This document shows, one piece after another, positions 1 to 9,517 of a stretch of DNA of 64,000 bases. Source of the DNA: Alphaproteobacteria bacterium. GTDB lineage: Bacteria > Pseudomonadota > Alphaproteobacteria > CBDDJK01. The notes under the pieces were generated by a model that had not been told where the DNA came from, ran no database searches, and was given only the letters and a program-made list of their open reading frames with translations. The DNA is taken from contig OZ245892.1 in assembly GCA_965229605.1 (NCBI GenBank), positions 72,102 through 136,101 on the forward strand. The letters run 5' to 3'. A program made the position numbers and the translations under genes. Numbering within the stretch: position 1 is the stretch's first letter; each line of letters opens with the position of its first letter.

Positions 1-428
1 ACCGGTTGGGGAGAAGGCCCCGCTTCAACCGGATGCCCGGCCTGTTTCCAGCCGGGAAAGCCGCCATTTAAAAGATGAACCTGATCATGCCCGTAGAGTT
101 TGAAAAGCCAGAAAGCCCGCCCGGCAGAAAATAACCCATGCGTGTCATAGACAATAATCGTTGAGTCATTTGAAATCCCGAAAGAAGCTGCCATGGATTC
201 AAATTGGGCGGGAGTTGGGGCCATATGCGGCAGCGTATTTTGATCGGGATCGGCGATTTCATCGATATCAAAAAACTGTGCGCCTGGAATATGGGACGTT
301 TCAAATTCTTCGCGGGCATTGCGGCCAGAGCCGGGCAAGTGAAAACTTGCATCAAGCACAACGAGGTCATCCCGCGTAAGGTTTTTCTGCAACCAGTCAG
401 CATCAACAAGAGGCGATTTTTCAGTCAT
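1..428 (-). CDS. sseA: 3-mercaptopyruvate/thiosulfate sulfurtransferase (rhodanese family), N-terminal part; the gene continues past the window start
   Basis: Reverse-complement translation from the ATG at 428..426 reads MTEKSPLVDADWLQKNLTRDDLVVLDASFHLPGSGRNAREEFETSHIPGAQFFDIDEIADPDQNTLPHM..., a typical SseA N-terminal rhodanese domain. There is no in-window stop, so it is absent from the ORF track. Its start codon abuts the GNAT stop codon. Confidence 0.7.
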   Translation of the reverse strand, partial: MTEKSPLVDADWLQKNLTRDDLVVLDASFHLPGSGRNAREEFETSHIPGAQFFDIDEIADPDQNTLPHMAPTPAQFESMAASFGISNDSTIIVYDTHGLFSAGRAFWLFKLYGHDQVHLLNGGFPGWKQAGHPVEAGPSPQP

Positions 429-921
429 ATTCCGGTTTCTTTCCTGTTCTTAAGCGTTTTTGCAGAACCGGGCCGGCTGGAAGAAAGCCTGTCCTGCGGT
501 AAAAGGCTTGCGTGCGCTGTCCCATCTTTTTGCCGGGTGCGGTCACGCGTAAAAAAGTCCAGCCGCGTTCTTCGCCAAGCGTATAGGCGGCTTCCAGAAG
601 CTGTTCTCCAATACCAAGAGACCGGGCTTCGGGAATAACATAATGCTCAAGGATCACGCCAACCAGCCCATGGGCGGAGAGCGACAGAACTTCTGTCATG
701 GTCATAACACTGACGGGAAGTTTTGTCTCGTCCAGAGCGATGAAAGCAAAATAGCCACTGTCTTCATCCAGCATATCCTGGCTGACCCGATGCAGGCGGG
801 CTTCGTCTATCGGGGCTTTTGGATGCAGCTCTTTAAGCAGGCGATAAACCAGCAATGTGGTCAAATCGGCATCAAGCGAGGTCGCCCGATGGATGGTGAC
901 GCCTTGTGGGAGAATATCCAT
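421..921 (-). CDS. GNAT family N-acetyltransferase
   Basis: 166-aa ORF with an acetyl-CoA-binding-like segment (VGVILEHYVIPEARSLGIGEQLLEAAYTLGEERGWTFLRV) typical of the GNAT fold. Confidence 0.7.
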   Translation of the reverse strand: MDILPQGVTIHRATSLDADLTTLLVYRLLKELHPKAPIDEARLHRVSQDMLDEDSGYFAFIALDETKLPVSVMTMTEVLSLSAHGLVGVILEHYVIPEARSLGIGEQLLEAAYTLGEERGWTFLRVTAPGKKMGQRTQAFYRRTGFLPAGPVLQKRLRTGKKPEYD

Positions 922-964
922 GGTTTCGCTTTTTTGACCGGATTGTTTTCACCAAGCAAAAAGA

Positions 965-1498
965 TCAAGAGGGAAGAGACCATTTTTGCTTTTCTTTTTC
1001 ATCGCTGGCCCGGGCTTCAACCCACCAGCTGGTGCCGTCGCTGGAAATTTCTTCTTTCCAGAAGGGGGCATCGGTTTTCAGCCAGTCAATCAGAAATTGG
1101 CAGCCGGAAAAGGCCATTTGCCGGTGACGGCTGGCGGTGGCGACAAAGACAATATGTTCCCCCGGATAGATCATTCCCACGCGGTGGATAATCCGGGCGG
1201 CTTGAAGCTGAAATCGCTCAACGGCCTGGATACGCATGTCGCTTAATATGCGCTCGGTCATGCCGGGGTAATGTTCCAGCCGCAGGGCCTTTAAGGGAGA
1301 TGCGGCCTGTTTTTGTGCCTGAAACTGGCCTGTTGGTCGCATAATCCCGATAAAGCTGGCGATAGCACCGATTTCTGAATCCGGCGATGCACCTTCAGGG
1401 AGGTTGAAGCGTGCAAGCTCGGCCCCCGGATCAAAGTCATGCTCACTGACCGTGATAAAAGGATCAACCGCCGAGTCCTGCTGACTTGTCATGCTCAC
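965..1498 (-). CDS. moaE: molybdopterin synthase catalytic subunit MoaE
   Basis: 177-aa ORF that overlaps the moaD stop by 4 bp. MoaE-like core (FIGIMR..., LEHYPGMTE, HRVG...IVFVA). Confidence 0.75.
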   Translation of the reverse strand: MSMTSQQDSAVDPFITVSEHDFDPGAELARFNLPEGASPDSEIGAIASFIGIMRPTGQFQAQKQAASPLKALRLEHYPGMTERILSDMRIQAVERFQLQAARIIHRVGMIYPGEHIVFVATASRHRQMAFSGCQFLIDWLKTDAPFWKEEISSDGTSWWVEARASDEKEKQKWSLPS

Positions 1499-1773
1499 CC
1501 CCCGGTAACCGGTGGAAAAAAGGCAATTTCCTTGATGCCTTGCAAGGGTTCGTCATGGCTTGCATAGACCTGATCAAGGGCCACGCGCACGGTGTCGGGA
1601 TTGGCAAAGGCTTTTGCAAAATTGTCATCGCGAGTTTGCAGCCAGCTAATCAGGTCAGCCGTGGTTTCAAGACCGCCGGGAAGCTGAATATTTTCTTCTG
1701 ACATTCCGATCATCTGGCGCAGCCAGGCGAAATAGCGCAGCCGCACGGTTGTTGTATTTTGATTATCGGACAT
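1495..1773 (-). CDS. moaD: molybdopterin synthase sulfur-carrier subunit MoaD
   Basis: 92-aa ubiquitin-like protein ending in the diagnostic C-terminal Gly-Gly (FFPPVTGG). It is translationally coupled to moaE. Confidence 0.8.
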   Translation of the reverse strand: MSDNQNTTTVRLRYFAWLRQMIGMSEENIQLPGGLETTADLISWLQTRDDNFAKAFANPDTVRVALDQVYASHDEPLQGIKEIAFFPPVTGG

Positions 1774-1788
1774 AGCGGAACATAGGGT

Positions 1789-2472
1789 TTAATCTTGGTT
1801 TAATCTTGCGGCAACATAGCGGGCAATCATATCGGCTTCCAGATTGACCGGGTCTCCGGCAGCCAGCTGTCCTAATGTGGTATGTTGCAGCGTATAGGGA
1901 ATAAGGGTCACTGAAAAGAGGCTTCCGGCAGAGGCTGGTTTTTCGACCTCATTGACGGGTGCTTGATTTTCGACCGTGTTCACGGGTGCTTGATTTTCGA
2001 CCGTGTTCACGGTCAGGGAGACTCCGTCAATGGTGATGGAGCCTTTAACCGCCAGAAGCCCGGAAAGTGTATCTGGCGCAAGGAAAGAGATCACGGCACC
2101 TTCGTTATCCGGGTTGCTGACGACGTTGTGGACCGAGCCAACCGCATCAACATGGCCAAAAACAAGATGCCCGCCCAACTCATCACCAACCTTCAAGGCC
2201 GGTTCAAGATTTAAGCGATCCCCGGTTTTCCAGCGTTCCAAGGTTGTCCGCTTGCGGGTTTCCTCGCTGGCTTCAACCCTGAACCAGGGTTTTTGTGTTT
2301 TGCTGTCAACACCGGCTTCGCAAACGGTCAGGCAAATGCCGGAGCAGGCGATAGAGGCCCCAAGGGCCGGAACCGAAGAACCGGCGGGGCGTTCAAGGGT
2401 GAGACTGCGGACGGACGCCTGATCCTGACAATCAAGGATCTGTCCGATCTCGGTCACAATCCCCGTGAACAT
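1789..2472 (-). CDS. ribE: riboflavin synthase alpha subunit, carrying an in-frame 9-aa tandem duplication
   Basis: Starts MFTGIVTEIGQI..., the canonical riboflavin synthase N-terminus, and has two pseudo-symmetric halves. A 27-bp unit (ttttcgaccgtgttcacgggtgcttga) repeats about 2.7 times at 1941..2010, giving NQAPVNTVENQAPVNTVE. Confidence 0.85.
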   Translation of the reverse strand: MFTGIVTEIGQILDCQDQASVRSLTLERPAGSSVPALGASIACSGICLTVCEAGVDSKTQKPWFRVEASEETRKRTTLERWKTGDRLNLEPALKVGDELGGHLVFGHVDAVGSVHNVVSNPDNEGAVISFLAPDTLSGLLAVKGSITIDGVSLTVNTVENQAPVNTVENQAPVNEVEKPASAGSLFSVTLIPYTLQHTTLGQLAAGDPVNLEADMIARYVAARLNQD

Positions 2473-2505
2473 ACCCCGCTCAAGGTCTTGATGGTGCGCA
2501 GAGGG

Positions 2506-3258
2506 TTATTCGCTGCGCATGATCCCGATCAGGTTCAGGATATGGATGAACAGCACGACGAAGCTGCCGTAAAGCTGCAAGGCCCCGAAGACGGCGAAGC
2601 GTTCGATCATCTGGCCATTTCCTGAATTTTGCAGATACATTGATTTGATCATCTGCGTTTCATAGGCGGTCATTGCGGCGAACAGCAGCACGGCCCCGAT
2701 TGAGAACAGCATCCCGAACTGGCTGGAGGGTTCAAAGAAGATGATATTGACCAGTCCAGCGATGAGCAGGCCGATGATTGCCATGGATGCGAAGGCGGCG
2801 ATGGGGCCGAGGTTTCGTTTGGTGACATAGCCATAGATGCTGACGCCAGCGAAGGTTCCTGCGGTGATGAAGAAGGCGCGGGCGATATCATAGACTCCGC
2901 CGGGCGACTGGAGGAAGGCGAGGATCATGGGTGCGATCATGATGCCCCATAGCACGCAATAGGCCCAGTAGAATCCGTGCGCCATGGTTGAGGAGCGCAT
3001 GGTTATGATTTTGCTGGAGAAGAATCCCATTCCGATGAGGGCGAAGAAGAGCACCCATTTCATGGGTCCGACGGCCAGCGCGATGGTGAGTTCTGGCGAG
3101 TTAGCCATGACCAGCGTGACCAGTCCGGTGAGTCCGACGCCCATGGCCATGAGGTTATAGACTTTGAGCATATAGGCGCGCAGTCCGGCATCGATGGCGG
3201 CCTGGTCTGCGGTGCCTCTGAAGCTGGCTGAGCCGAATTGTTGAGGATTGAGTGCCAT
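2506..3258 (-). CDS. Bax-inhibitor-1/YccA family membrane protein
   Basis: 250-aa protein with seven predicted hydrophobic helices, a BI-1-like N-terminus (MALNPQQFG...RAYMLKVYNLMA) and a C-terminal charged motif. Confidence 0.75.
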   Translation of the reverse strand: MALNPQQFGSASFRGTADQAAIDAGLRAYMLKVYNLMAMGVGLTGLVTLVMANSPELTIALAVGPMKWVLFFALIGMGFFSSKIITMRSSTMAHGFYWAYCVLWGIMIAPMILAFLQSPGGVYDIARAFFITAGTFAGVSIYGYVTKRNLGPIAAFASMAIIGLLIAGLVNIIFFEPSSQFGMLFSIGAVLLFAAMTAYETQMIKSMYLQNSGNGQMIERFAVFGALQLYGSFVVLFIHILNLIGIMRSE

Positions 3259-3369
3259 TTTGAGGAGTCTCCCTTAGAGAATGATAAAAAACCGAGTGAT
3301 AAAAGTATCTATTATCCGAAATATAGGCGAATTACCATCAAGAATCAATATTGAAGCGGTAGAAAGGCT

Positions 3370-4152
3370 TTAATCGCTTTTTGTCTTTTGTTCTTTGGCG
3401 GGTTTAGCTGATTTTGCGGGTTTTACGGCCAGGACTTCGTCAAAATTTCCGCCTTTTGGGCGGTTTTCGGTCAGAACCTCTCCCGTGATATAGTAATAGG
3501 CGATTTCAGCCAGATTGGTTGCATGATCGCCGGTGCGCTCCAGATTTTTGGCGATAAAAAGAAAATGCGTGCAGGGCGAGATATTGCGCGGGTCTTCCAT
3601 CATATAGGTTAAAAGCGTGCGCGTGACCGCTGTGTAAAGCGCATCCACATCCGGGTCGGATTGCCAGACAGCAAGGATTTTTTCCTCATCCTGATCAAAA
3701 AACCCGTCCACCACGTCGCTCAGCATAGTCTGGGTCTTGCGCGACATCTGATAAAGAGTCTTTTCAATCTTCCCGTCGTCAACCGGGCGCAAGGCCGGAA
3801 GCCTTTTAGAAATATTCTTGGCAAAATCGCCGACCCGCTCCAGCAAGGCCGCACCCTTTAAAATCGCAATGATAAAGCGCAAGTCAATCGCCATCGGCTG
3901 ACGCAACGCCAGAATCCGCATGACCTTGGCCTCCATGTCATGCTCCATCGCATCAAGCTTCTGGTCGTTGGCCCGCACCCACTCCGCAAGCTCGCTGTCT
4001 CTGGACTCAACCGCCTGCATGGCTTGCTCCAGCGCAAGAAAGGCATGGTCTGCCATCTCCCGGAACAGGTGGTTGAGGTCCTCCAGCTCCTGACCATAGG
4101 CCGTTACAATGTGATTATCGCTTGTCATGTCTGTTCCTGTCTTTTTAGCCAA
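3370..4152 (-). CDS. phoU: phosphate signalling complex protein PhoU
   Basis: Two PhoU repeats and synteny immediately downstream of pstB, with an 8-bp overlap. It has an unusual Lys/Pro-rich C-terminal tail ([17 protein letters not shown]). Confidence 0.85.
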   Translation of the reverse strand: MAKKTGTDMTSDNHIVTAYGQELEDLNHLFREMADHAFLALEQAMQAVESRDSELAEWVRANDQKLDAMEHDMEAKVMRILALRQPMAIDLRFIIAILKGAALLERVGDFAKNISKRLPALRPVDDGKIEKTLYQMSRKTQTMLSDVVDGFFDQDEEKILAVWQSDPDVDALYTAVTRTLLTYMMEDPRNISPCTHFLFIAKNLERTGDHATNLAEIAYYYITGEVLTENRPKGGNFDEVLAVKPAKSAKPAKEQKTKSD

Positions 4153-4912
4153 AACGCCCCGTCAAATAATCCTGTGTGCGCTGGTCCTGCGGATTGGTGA
4201 AAATCTGATCAGTCTCGCCGCGCTCAACCAACTCGCCAATATGGAAAAACGCCGTTTGCTGCGAAACCCGCGCCGCTTGCTGCATAGAGTGAGTCACAAT
4301 CACTATCGAATAATTTTCCTTGAGTTCGCCGATTAAATCCTCAATCCGGGCGGTCGCAATCGGATCAAGGGCTGAACAGGGCTCATCCATCAAAATCACC
4401 TCCGGGCGCACAGCAATCGCCCGGGCAATACAAAGTCGCTGCTGCTGCCCGCCGGAAAGGCTGGTGCCAGGTTCCTGCAGCCGGTCCTTCACTTCCTCCC
4501 ACAAGCTGGCACGAGTCAGCGATTGCTGAACCAGCAAATCAAGCTGCGCACGGGTATCAACAAGCCCGTGAATACGCGCCCCATAGGCCACATTGTCATA
4601 AATAGATTTTGGAAAAGGATTGGGCTTTTGAAAAACCATCCCGACCCGGGCGCGCAAATGGACCGGATCAACGCCGGGGGCATAGATATCTTCGCCGTCC
4701 AGTGTGATCTGTCCTTTAACCCGGCAAATCGGCACCACATCATTCATCCGGTTTAAACAGCGCAGAAAGGTTGACTTGCCACAGCCAGAAGGCCCGATCA
4801 GGGCCGTCACCTGGCGATCAAAAATATCAATCCCGACCTTGAACAAGGCTTGTTTTTCGCCATAGAAAACATCGACATTTTCAGCTTTAAACTTAATGTA
4901 TGTATCTGTCAT
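4145..4912 (-). CDS. pstB: phosphate ABC transporter ATP-binding protein PstB
   Basis: Walker [10 protein letters not shown], signature LSGGQQQRL and Walker B ILMDEP. PstB-type C-terminus. Lies in the pst operon. Confidence 0.9.
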   Translation of the reverse strand: MTDTYIKFKAENVDVFYGEKQALFKVGIDIFDRQVTALIGPSGCGKSTFLRCLNRMNDVVPICRVKGQITLDGEDIYAPGVDPVHLRARVGMVFQKPNPFPKSIYDNVAYGARIHGLVDTRAQLDLLVQQSLTRASLWEEVKDRLQEPGTSLSGGQQQRLCIARAIAVRPEVILMDEPCSALDPIATARIEDLIGELKENYSIVIVTHSMQQAARVSQQTAFFHIGELVERGETDQIFTNPQDQRTQDYLTGRFG

Positions 4913-4961
4913 ATATTGTCTCTTTTGTATGCTCTATTATACATGGTCGATTGCACATGAT

Positions 4962-6314
4962 CTATTGCCAGCGTTTTGAAAATTTTTGTCGCAAAAGAAC
5001 GGCTGTCAGATTCATCAAAACCAGAAAAACCAGTAAAACCAATATTGCCGCCGCCGTGCGTTCTTCAAAAGCCCGTTCGGGGCTGTCTGCCCATAAATAA
5101 ATCTGAACCGGCAAGGCGGTTGCGGCGTCGGTGATATGACCCGGCACATCGACAATAAAGGCAACCATGCCGATCATCAAGAGCGGGGCGGTTTCGCCCA
5201 GAGCCCCGGCCATACCGATGATCGCCCCGGTTAACATGCCCGGCAGGGCGAGGGGGACAACATGATGAAAGACGGTTTGCATCCGGCTGGCCCCGATGCC
5301 AAGGGCGGCTTCGCGGATGGAGGGCGGGATAGAGGCCAGCGCAGCGCGTGAGGCAATGATGATCGTCGGCAGAGTCAAAAGCGACAGAACCATCCCGCCG
5401 ACCAGCGGGGCGGAGCGCGGCAGGCCAAAGACATTTAAAAAGACGGCCAGTCCCAGCAGGCCAAAGACAATCGACGGTACGGCAGCCAGATTATTGATAT
5501 TGACTTCGATAAGGTCGGTCCAGCGATTTTTGGGGGCAAATTCCTGGAGATAAATTGCGGCGGCGACGCCCAGCGGAAAGGACAGGGCCAGAGTCACCAG
5601 CAGCATCAGGAAGGACCCGGTCAATGCCCCCAGAATCCCGGCGGCTTCGGGTTCGCGGCTGTCAGCATTGGTGAAAAGTTCTGAATTAAAGCGCATCCGC
5701 ACCGCATTATCCTGATCAAGCGTTTCAAGCCAGGCAATCTGGTCATCCTTGATCGGGCGGTCTTCTTCTGGCCCTTCGTCAGATAGTCTTCCTTTCAGGA
5801 AAATATCAATCAAGCCCGATGTCGGCAGCCAGATATTGCGGGTTGTCCCGATCAGGTCCGGATTCTCCAGCACCCTGTCGCGCAACTGATAGGCCGAATC
5901 GGCACTCACCAATTCATAGAGCCGCTTTTTTGCCCGTCGGTTTTTAACATCCGGGAAAGTATCGCGCAGCGTTTTTTTGATCAACCCGGCATAATCGGCT
6001 TGTTTAAGCGTGTCTGTGTCACGGGTGCCTTGCGGGTCCAGAAACTCTTCATCAAAACTGATCGCAAGTTGCAGGTCATGGGTGACAAAAGCCGAATAGC
6101 CCTTGCTCAGCACCGCCAGAGCCAGAACAACCAGAAAGCCCAGCGACAGGACAATCGCCATCACGCCGGTAAAGCGAAAGCGTCGCTCGATTTTATGACG
6201 CTTGACCAGCTGGCGGGCCAGATTCGCCTTGCGTTCTGCCACCAGCTTATTCAGGCTTTCGCTATCAGTCATATTGTTCCTTAAAGCGGCGTTGAATGAC
6301 CAAGGCGGCGACAT
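4962..6314 (-). CDS. pstA: phosphate ABC transporter permease PstA (long form)
   Basis: 450-aa permease with a large periplasmic loop and an EAA-like motif, following pstC. The real start may be the internal Met at about 6272, giving a short overlap with pstC. Confidence 0.85.
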   Translation of the reverse strand: MSPPWSFNAALRNNMTDSESLNKLVAERKANLARQLVKRHKIERRFRFTGVMAIVLSLGFLVVLALAVLSKGYSAFVTHDLQLAISFDEEFLDPQGTRDTDTLKQADYAGLIKKTLRDTFPDVKNRRAKKRLYELVSADSAYQLRDRVLENPDLIGTTRNIWLPTSGLIDIFLKGRLSDEGPEEDRPIKDDQIAWLETLDQDNAVRMRFNSELFTNADSREPEAAGILGALTGSFLMLLVTLALSFPLGVAAAIYLQEFAPKNRWTDLIEVNINNLAAVPSIVFGLLGLAVFLNVFGLPRSAPLVGGMVLSLLTLPTIIIASRAALASIPPSIREAALGIGASRMQTVFHHVVPLALPGMLTGAIIGMAGALGETAPLLMIGMVAFIVDVPGHITDAATALPVQIYLWADSPERAFEERTAAAILVLLVFLVLMNLTAVLLRQKFSKRWQ

Positions 6315-7677
6315 TCATCCCCAGAGTCACCAGAAACAGGGTCAGGCCAAGGGCAAAGGCCGCCAGGGTCTTGGCACTGTCAAATTCCTGATCGCCGATT
6401 AACAGCGTAACGATCTGGACGGTGACGGTTGTGACGGCTTCAAACGGGTTGGCGGTCAGATTGGCGGCCAGCCCGGCGGCCATAACGACGATCATGGTTT
6501 CGCCGATGGCCCGACTTATGGCGAGAAGGAAGGCCCCGACAATGCCGGGCAAGGCGGCAGGCAAGACGACCAGACGGATCATTTCTGATCGTGTCGCCCC
6601 AAGGCCCAGCGCGCCTTCGCGCAAGGAGCCGGGGACAGCAGCGATCACATCATCGGACAGGGAGGAAATAAAGGGGATAATCATCACCCCCATGACCATC
6701 CCGGCAGCCAATGCGCTTTCGGAGGCAACATCAAGGCCGATTTTCTCGCCAAGCCCGCGCAGGAGGGGTGAAATAGACAAGGCGGCAAACACGCCATAGA
6801 CCACGGTTGGCACCCCGGCCAGGATTTCAAGCCCGGGTTTGACACGGGCGCGAAAGCGCGGGCTTGCATATTCGGCGAGATAGATGGCTGAAAATAACCC
6901 GATAGGCCCGGCGATCAGCATGGCGATCAGGGTAATCAGCAGGGTTCCGGCAAAAATCGGAATAGCCCCGAAGGACCCGCTGGAGGCGACCTGATCGGCG
7001 CGTAAAGAGATTTGCGGACTCCAGTTGATACCAAAGAAGAACTCGATTGGCGAGACCAGAGAGAAAAACCGCCAAGCTTCAAATGTCAGGGAGAGGATAA
7101 TACCGATGGTTGTGAGAATAGCCAGCGTTGAGGCCAGCATCAAAAAGCCGCGCACCAGCCGTTCGACGGCCTGTCTGGCGCGGAAAGCCGGGACGATTCG
7201 GCGCAGACCATAAAGAAGGCCAAGGGCGGCAACCGCAAGCGTCAAACCGATGCGATAGATATCGGCGCGGTTTTGCAGCCCTTCAAAATAGGTCTGCGCG
7301 GTTACGATGATAGTATAATAGGGCGAATCTTCTGTGCCTGTATTATTCTTGATCTGGCTGATCAAAAGGGTGCGTTCATCGGCAGACAGGTTCTGGACAG
7401 CAGGCGGAAAGCTGGCTTCGATCATGCTGTCAATGACCGGGCCTTGAAAGATCACCCAGAAGAAAAGCAGGGCCAGTGCCGGAATGCCGCACCAGAGCGC
7501 GGCAAAATAGCCATAATAGGACGGAATCGATTGCGAGGTGAATTTCGCCCCAAATTCAGAAGCAGGAGAGGATAGCTGTTGATCCTCTCCTGCTTTCTGG
7601 ATCAGATGATGCAGCCGACGCTTGCCCAGCCAATAGCCGATCACCGCAAGAACAAAAATAGCCAAAAGAAGCATCAA
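6265..7677 (-). CDS. pstC: phosphate ABC transporter permease PstC (long form)
   Basis: 470-aa polytopic membrane protein with the ABC permease signature region (SRAIGETMIV). Downstream of pstS. Confidence 0.85.
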   Translation of the reverse strand: MMLLLAIFVLAVIGYWLGKRRLHHLIQKAGEDQQLSSPASEFGAKFTSQSIPSYYGYFAALWCGIPALALLFFWVIFQGPVIDSMIEASFPPAVQNLSADERTLLISQIKNNTGTEDSPYYTIIVTAQTYFEGLQNRADIYRIGLTLAVAALGLLYGLRRIVPAFRARQAVERLVRGFLMLASTLAILTTIGIILSLTFEAWRFFSLVSPIEFFFGINWSPQISLRADQVASSGSFGAIPIFAGTLLITLIAMLIAGPIGLFSAIYLAEYASPRFRARVKPGLEILAGVPTVVYGVFAALSISPLLRGLGEKIGLDVASESALAAGMVMGVMIIPFISSLSDDVIAAVPGSLREGALGLGATRSEMIRLVVLPAALPGIVGAFLLAISRAIGETMIVVMAAGLAANLTANPFEAVTTVTVQIVTLLIGDQEFDSAKTLAAFALGLTLFLVTLGMNVAALVIQRRFKEQYD

Positions 7678-7757
7678 GACAGAACCTTTTGCTGTTGCTT
7701 CACAAAGCTCTTAACTCCACGCTCCCCCAAGGTCAGAACCCTATCTATTCTGAACAC

Positions 7758-8888
7758 TTATTGCAAGACCTCTTGATTGCTGGCCCGTTTGGCAAACATC
7801 GCCCGTTCCTCATCTGCCATCGGAATAAGGGCTTTATCGGTCAAATAACCTTCCTCCCCCCAGGCCTTTTCGCTGGTAAACTCCGCCAGAAATTCCTCCA
7901 GCCCCGGAATAACCCCGATATGCGCCTTCTTCACATAAAAGAACAACGGACGCGATACCCCGTAGTCTCCAGCCGAAATGCTCTCAAAAGTCGGCTCAAC
8001 CCCCGCAACCGGCGCACCTTTGACCTTGTCTATATTCTCCTCCAGAAAAGAATAGCCGAAAATCCCGAAAGCATCAGGATTGGCCTCCAGCTTCTGGATG
8101 ATCAGATTGTCATTCTCCCCAGCCTCGATATAGCCGCCGTCTTCGCGCAGCCCATGCGAAACCGCTTTAAATTCAGCTTTGCCAAGGGCCTTGATGGTTG
8201 AAAATTCCTCGGCCCCTTCCTCCATCACCAGCTCCAGAAAAGCATCGCGGGTGCCAGAGGTCGGCGGTGGACCCAGCACCTCGATCCGCACATTCGGCAA
8301 AGACCCGTCAATATCCGACCAGTTCTGATAGGGATTATCAATCAGCTTGCCATCTTTTCCTTCAACGGTCTTGGCCAAGGCCTGAAACAGCTGCTGCTTG
8401 GTCAGCTCAACCGTCGGCGCAGATTTGGCGTTGGCAATCACAATCCCGTCATAGCCAATTTTAATTTCAATAATATCCGTGACTCCATTTTCGGCGCAGG
8501 TGTCAATTTCACTCTGTTTGATGGCGCGGGAGGCATTGGTGATATCCGGCGTGCCCTCGCCAAGTCCTTGACAAAAAAGCTTAAAGCCGCCGCCCGATCC
8601 GGTCGATTCAACCACCGGGGCCTTGAAATCGGTGGTTTTGGCAAAGGTTTCGGCAACCGTGGTTGAAAAGGGAAAAACCGTTGACGAGCCAACAACCTGA
8701 ATTTGATCGCGGGCCAGAGCCGGGTCTGGCTGCAACGCGATGAAGGCCCCCAAAAGGGCAGATACCCCGATGATGCCACCCCCAAACAGAGTCGCAAGCC
8801 GGGGTGCTTTTTCATCATGGGACATTTTAACCTTTACCTGATCTTTAATCATTCTGTTGATCACAGGCTTCATTTTGATCTCCTTCAA
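7758..8888 (-). CDS. pstS: phosphate ABC transporter substrate-binding protein PstS
   Basis: Signal or anchor segment, then a PstS-family PBP fold (QVVGSSTVFPF...TGSGGG). First gene of pstSCAB-phoU. Confidence 0.85.
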   Translation of the reverse strand: MKEIKMKPVINRMIKDQVKVKMSHDEKAPRLATLFGGGIIGVSALLGAFIALQPDPALARDQIQVVGSSTVFPFSTTVAETFAKTTDFKAPVVESTGSGGGFKLFCQGLGEGTPDITNASRAIKQSEIDTCAENGVTDIIEIKIGYDGIVIANAKSAPTVELTKQQLFQALAKTVEGKDGKLIDNPYQNWSDIDGSLPNVRIEVLGPPPTSGTRDAFLELVMEEGAEEFSTIKALGKAEFKAVSHGLREDGGYIEAGENDNLIIQKLEANPDAFGIFGYSFLEENIDKVKGAPVAGVEPTFESISAGDYGVSRPLFFYVKKAHIGVIPGLEEFLAEFTSEKAWGEEGYLTDKALIPMADEERAMFAKRASNQEVLQ

Positions 8889-8961
8889 AGACAGCCATAA
8901 AATTAAACCCTTTCGGTGAGGCCTCTTTGACAGGTGCCGCCGGTTAAAGAAAACGCATTTT

Positions 8962-8982
8962 TTGAAAGGCCAGCATCTATAT
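8962..8982. promoter_or_regulatory. perfect 21-bp palindrome (AGCATCTATA-T-TATAGATGCT) in the pstS upstream region; candidate operator
   Basis: Read directly from the sequence. Arms are 10 bp with no mismatch and AT-rich, so it is not a typical terminator. It lies 74-94 bp upstream of the pstS start and about 45 bp past the DUF192 stop. Confidence 0.5.
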
Positions 8983-9025
8983 TATAGATGCTACGCTATA
9001 CAAGCTATGGGCTGGCCTTGACATG

Positions 9026-9517
9026 TTACTGCCTGTAAGGGGGCGGCAAAAGAACCGGATCCCCCACTTTAAGCCCCAGACGGCGGGCGGTGCCTGCTCG
9101 CACCTCCAGCACATATTTTGCAGGTTCCTGAGAAGAAATAACTTTTCGGCTTAAAGGCCGGGCATTTTCGCTGATAGATACAATCTGCCCCCGGTCGAGG
9201 AACAGCATATCAAGCGCAATATAGGTATTCTCCATCCACATGGTGATGACCTGCGGGTGGCTATAGACAAAAAGCATCCCGGCATTTTCAGCCAGTTCGG
9301 TGCGATACATCAGGCCTTTTTTGCGCTTTGCCTGCGTGTCAGCTATTTCAAGGTCAAAGGCAATCGCTTCCCCTTTAATGCCGGGGAAGATGGCTTGATC
9401 ATTTGCTGACGCAGAAGATGCAAGCGTTAAGGCCAGAAGAACCCCAACCAGCAGAATAGGGTGGAGATAATTTCTGGCCCTAGTCAGCAAAGGGATCGCG
9501 CAGTAAAATCGTGTCAT
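9026..9517 (-). CDS. DUF192 domain-containing protein
   Basis: Signal-peptide-like [17 protein letters not shown], then the conserved DUF192 core ([16 protein letters not shown]...YVLEV). The ORF track extends to 9559 but would overlap purA by 80 nt, so the internal Met at 9517 was chosen. Confidence 0.6.
   Translation of the reverse strand: MTRFYCAIPLLTRARNYLHPILLVGVLLALTLASSASANDQAIFPGIKGEAIAFDLEIADTQAKRKKGLMYRTELAENAGMLFVYSHPQVITMWMENTYIALDMLFLDRGQIVSISENARPLSRKVISSQEPAKYVLEVRAGTARRLGLKVGDPVLLPPPYRQ

Noticed and set aside
68-638. ORFs 68..409 (-) and 204..638 (+) at the window start.
   Set aside because: Both are out of frame with, and overlap, the well-supported sseA fragment and the GNAT gene. 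Their compositions are shadow-like.
8889-9025. Canonical Pho box upstream of pstS.
   Set aside because: I looked for CTGTCAT-N4-CTGTCAT direct repeats and found only weak CTGTCAA-like half sites, so none is called.
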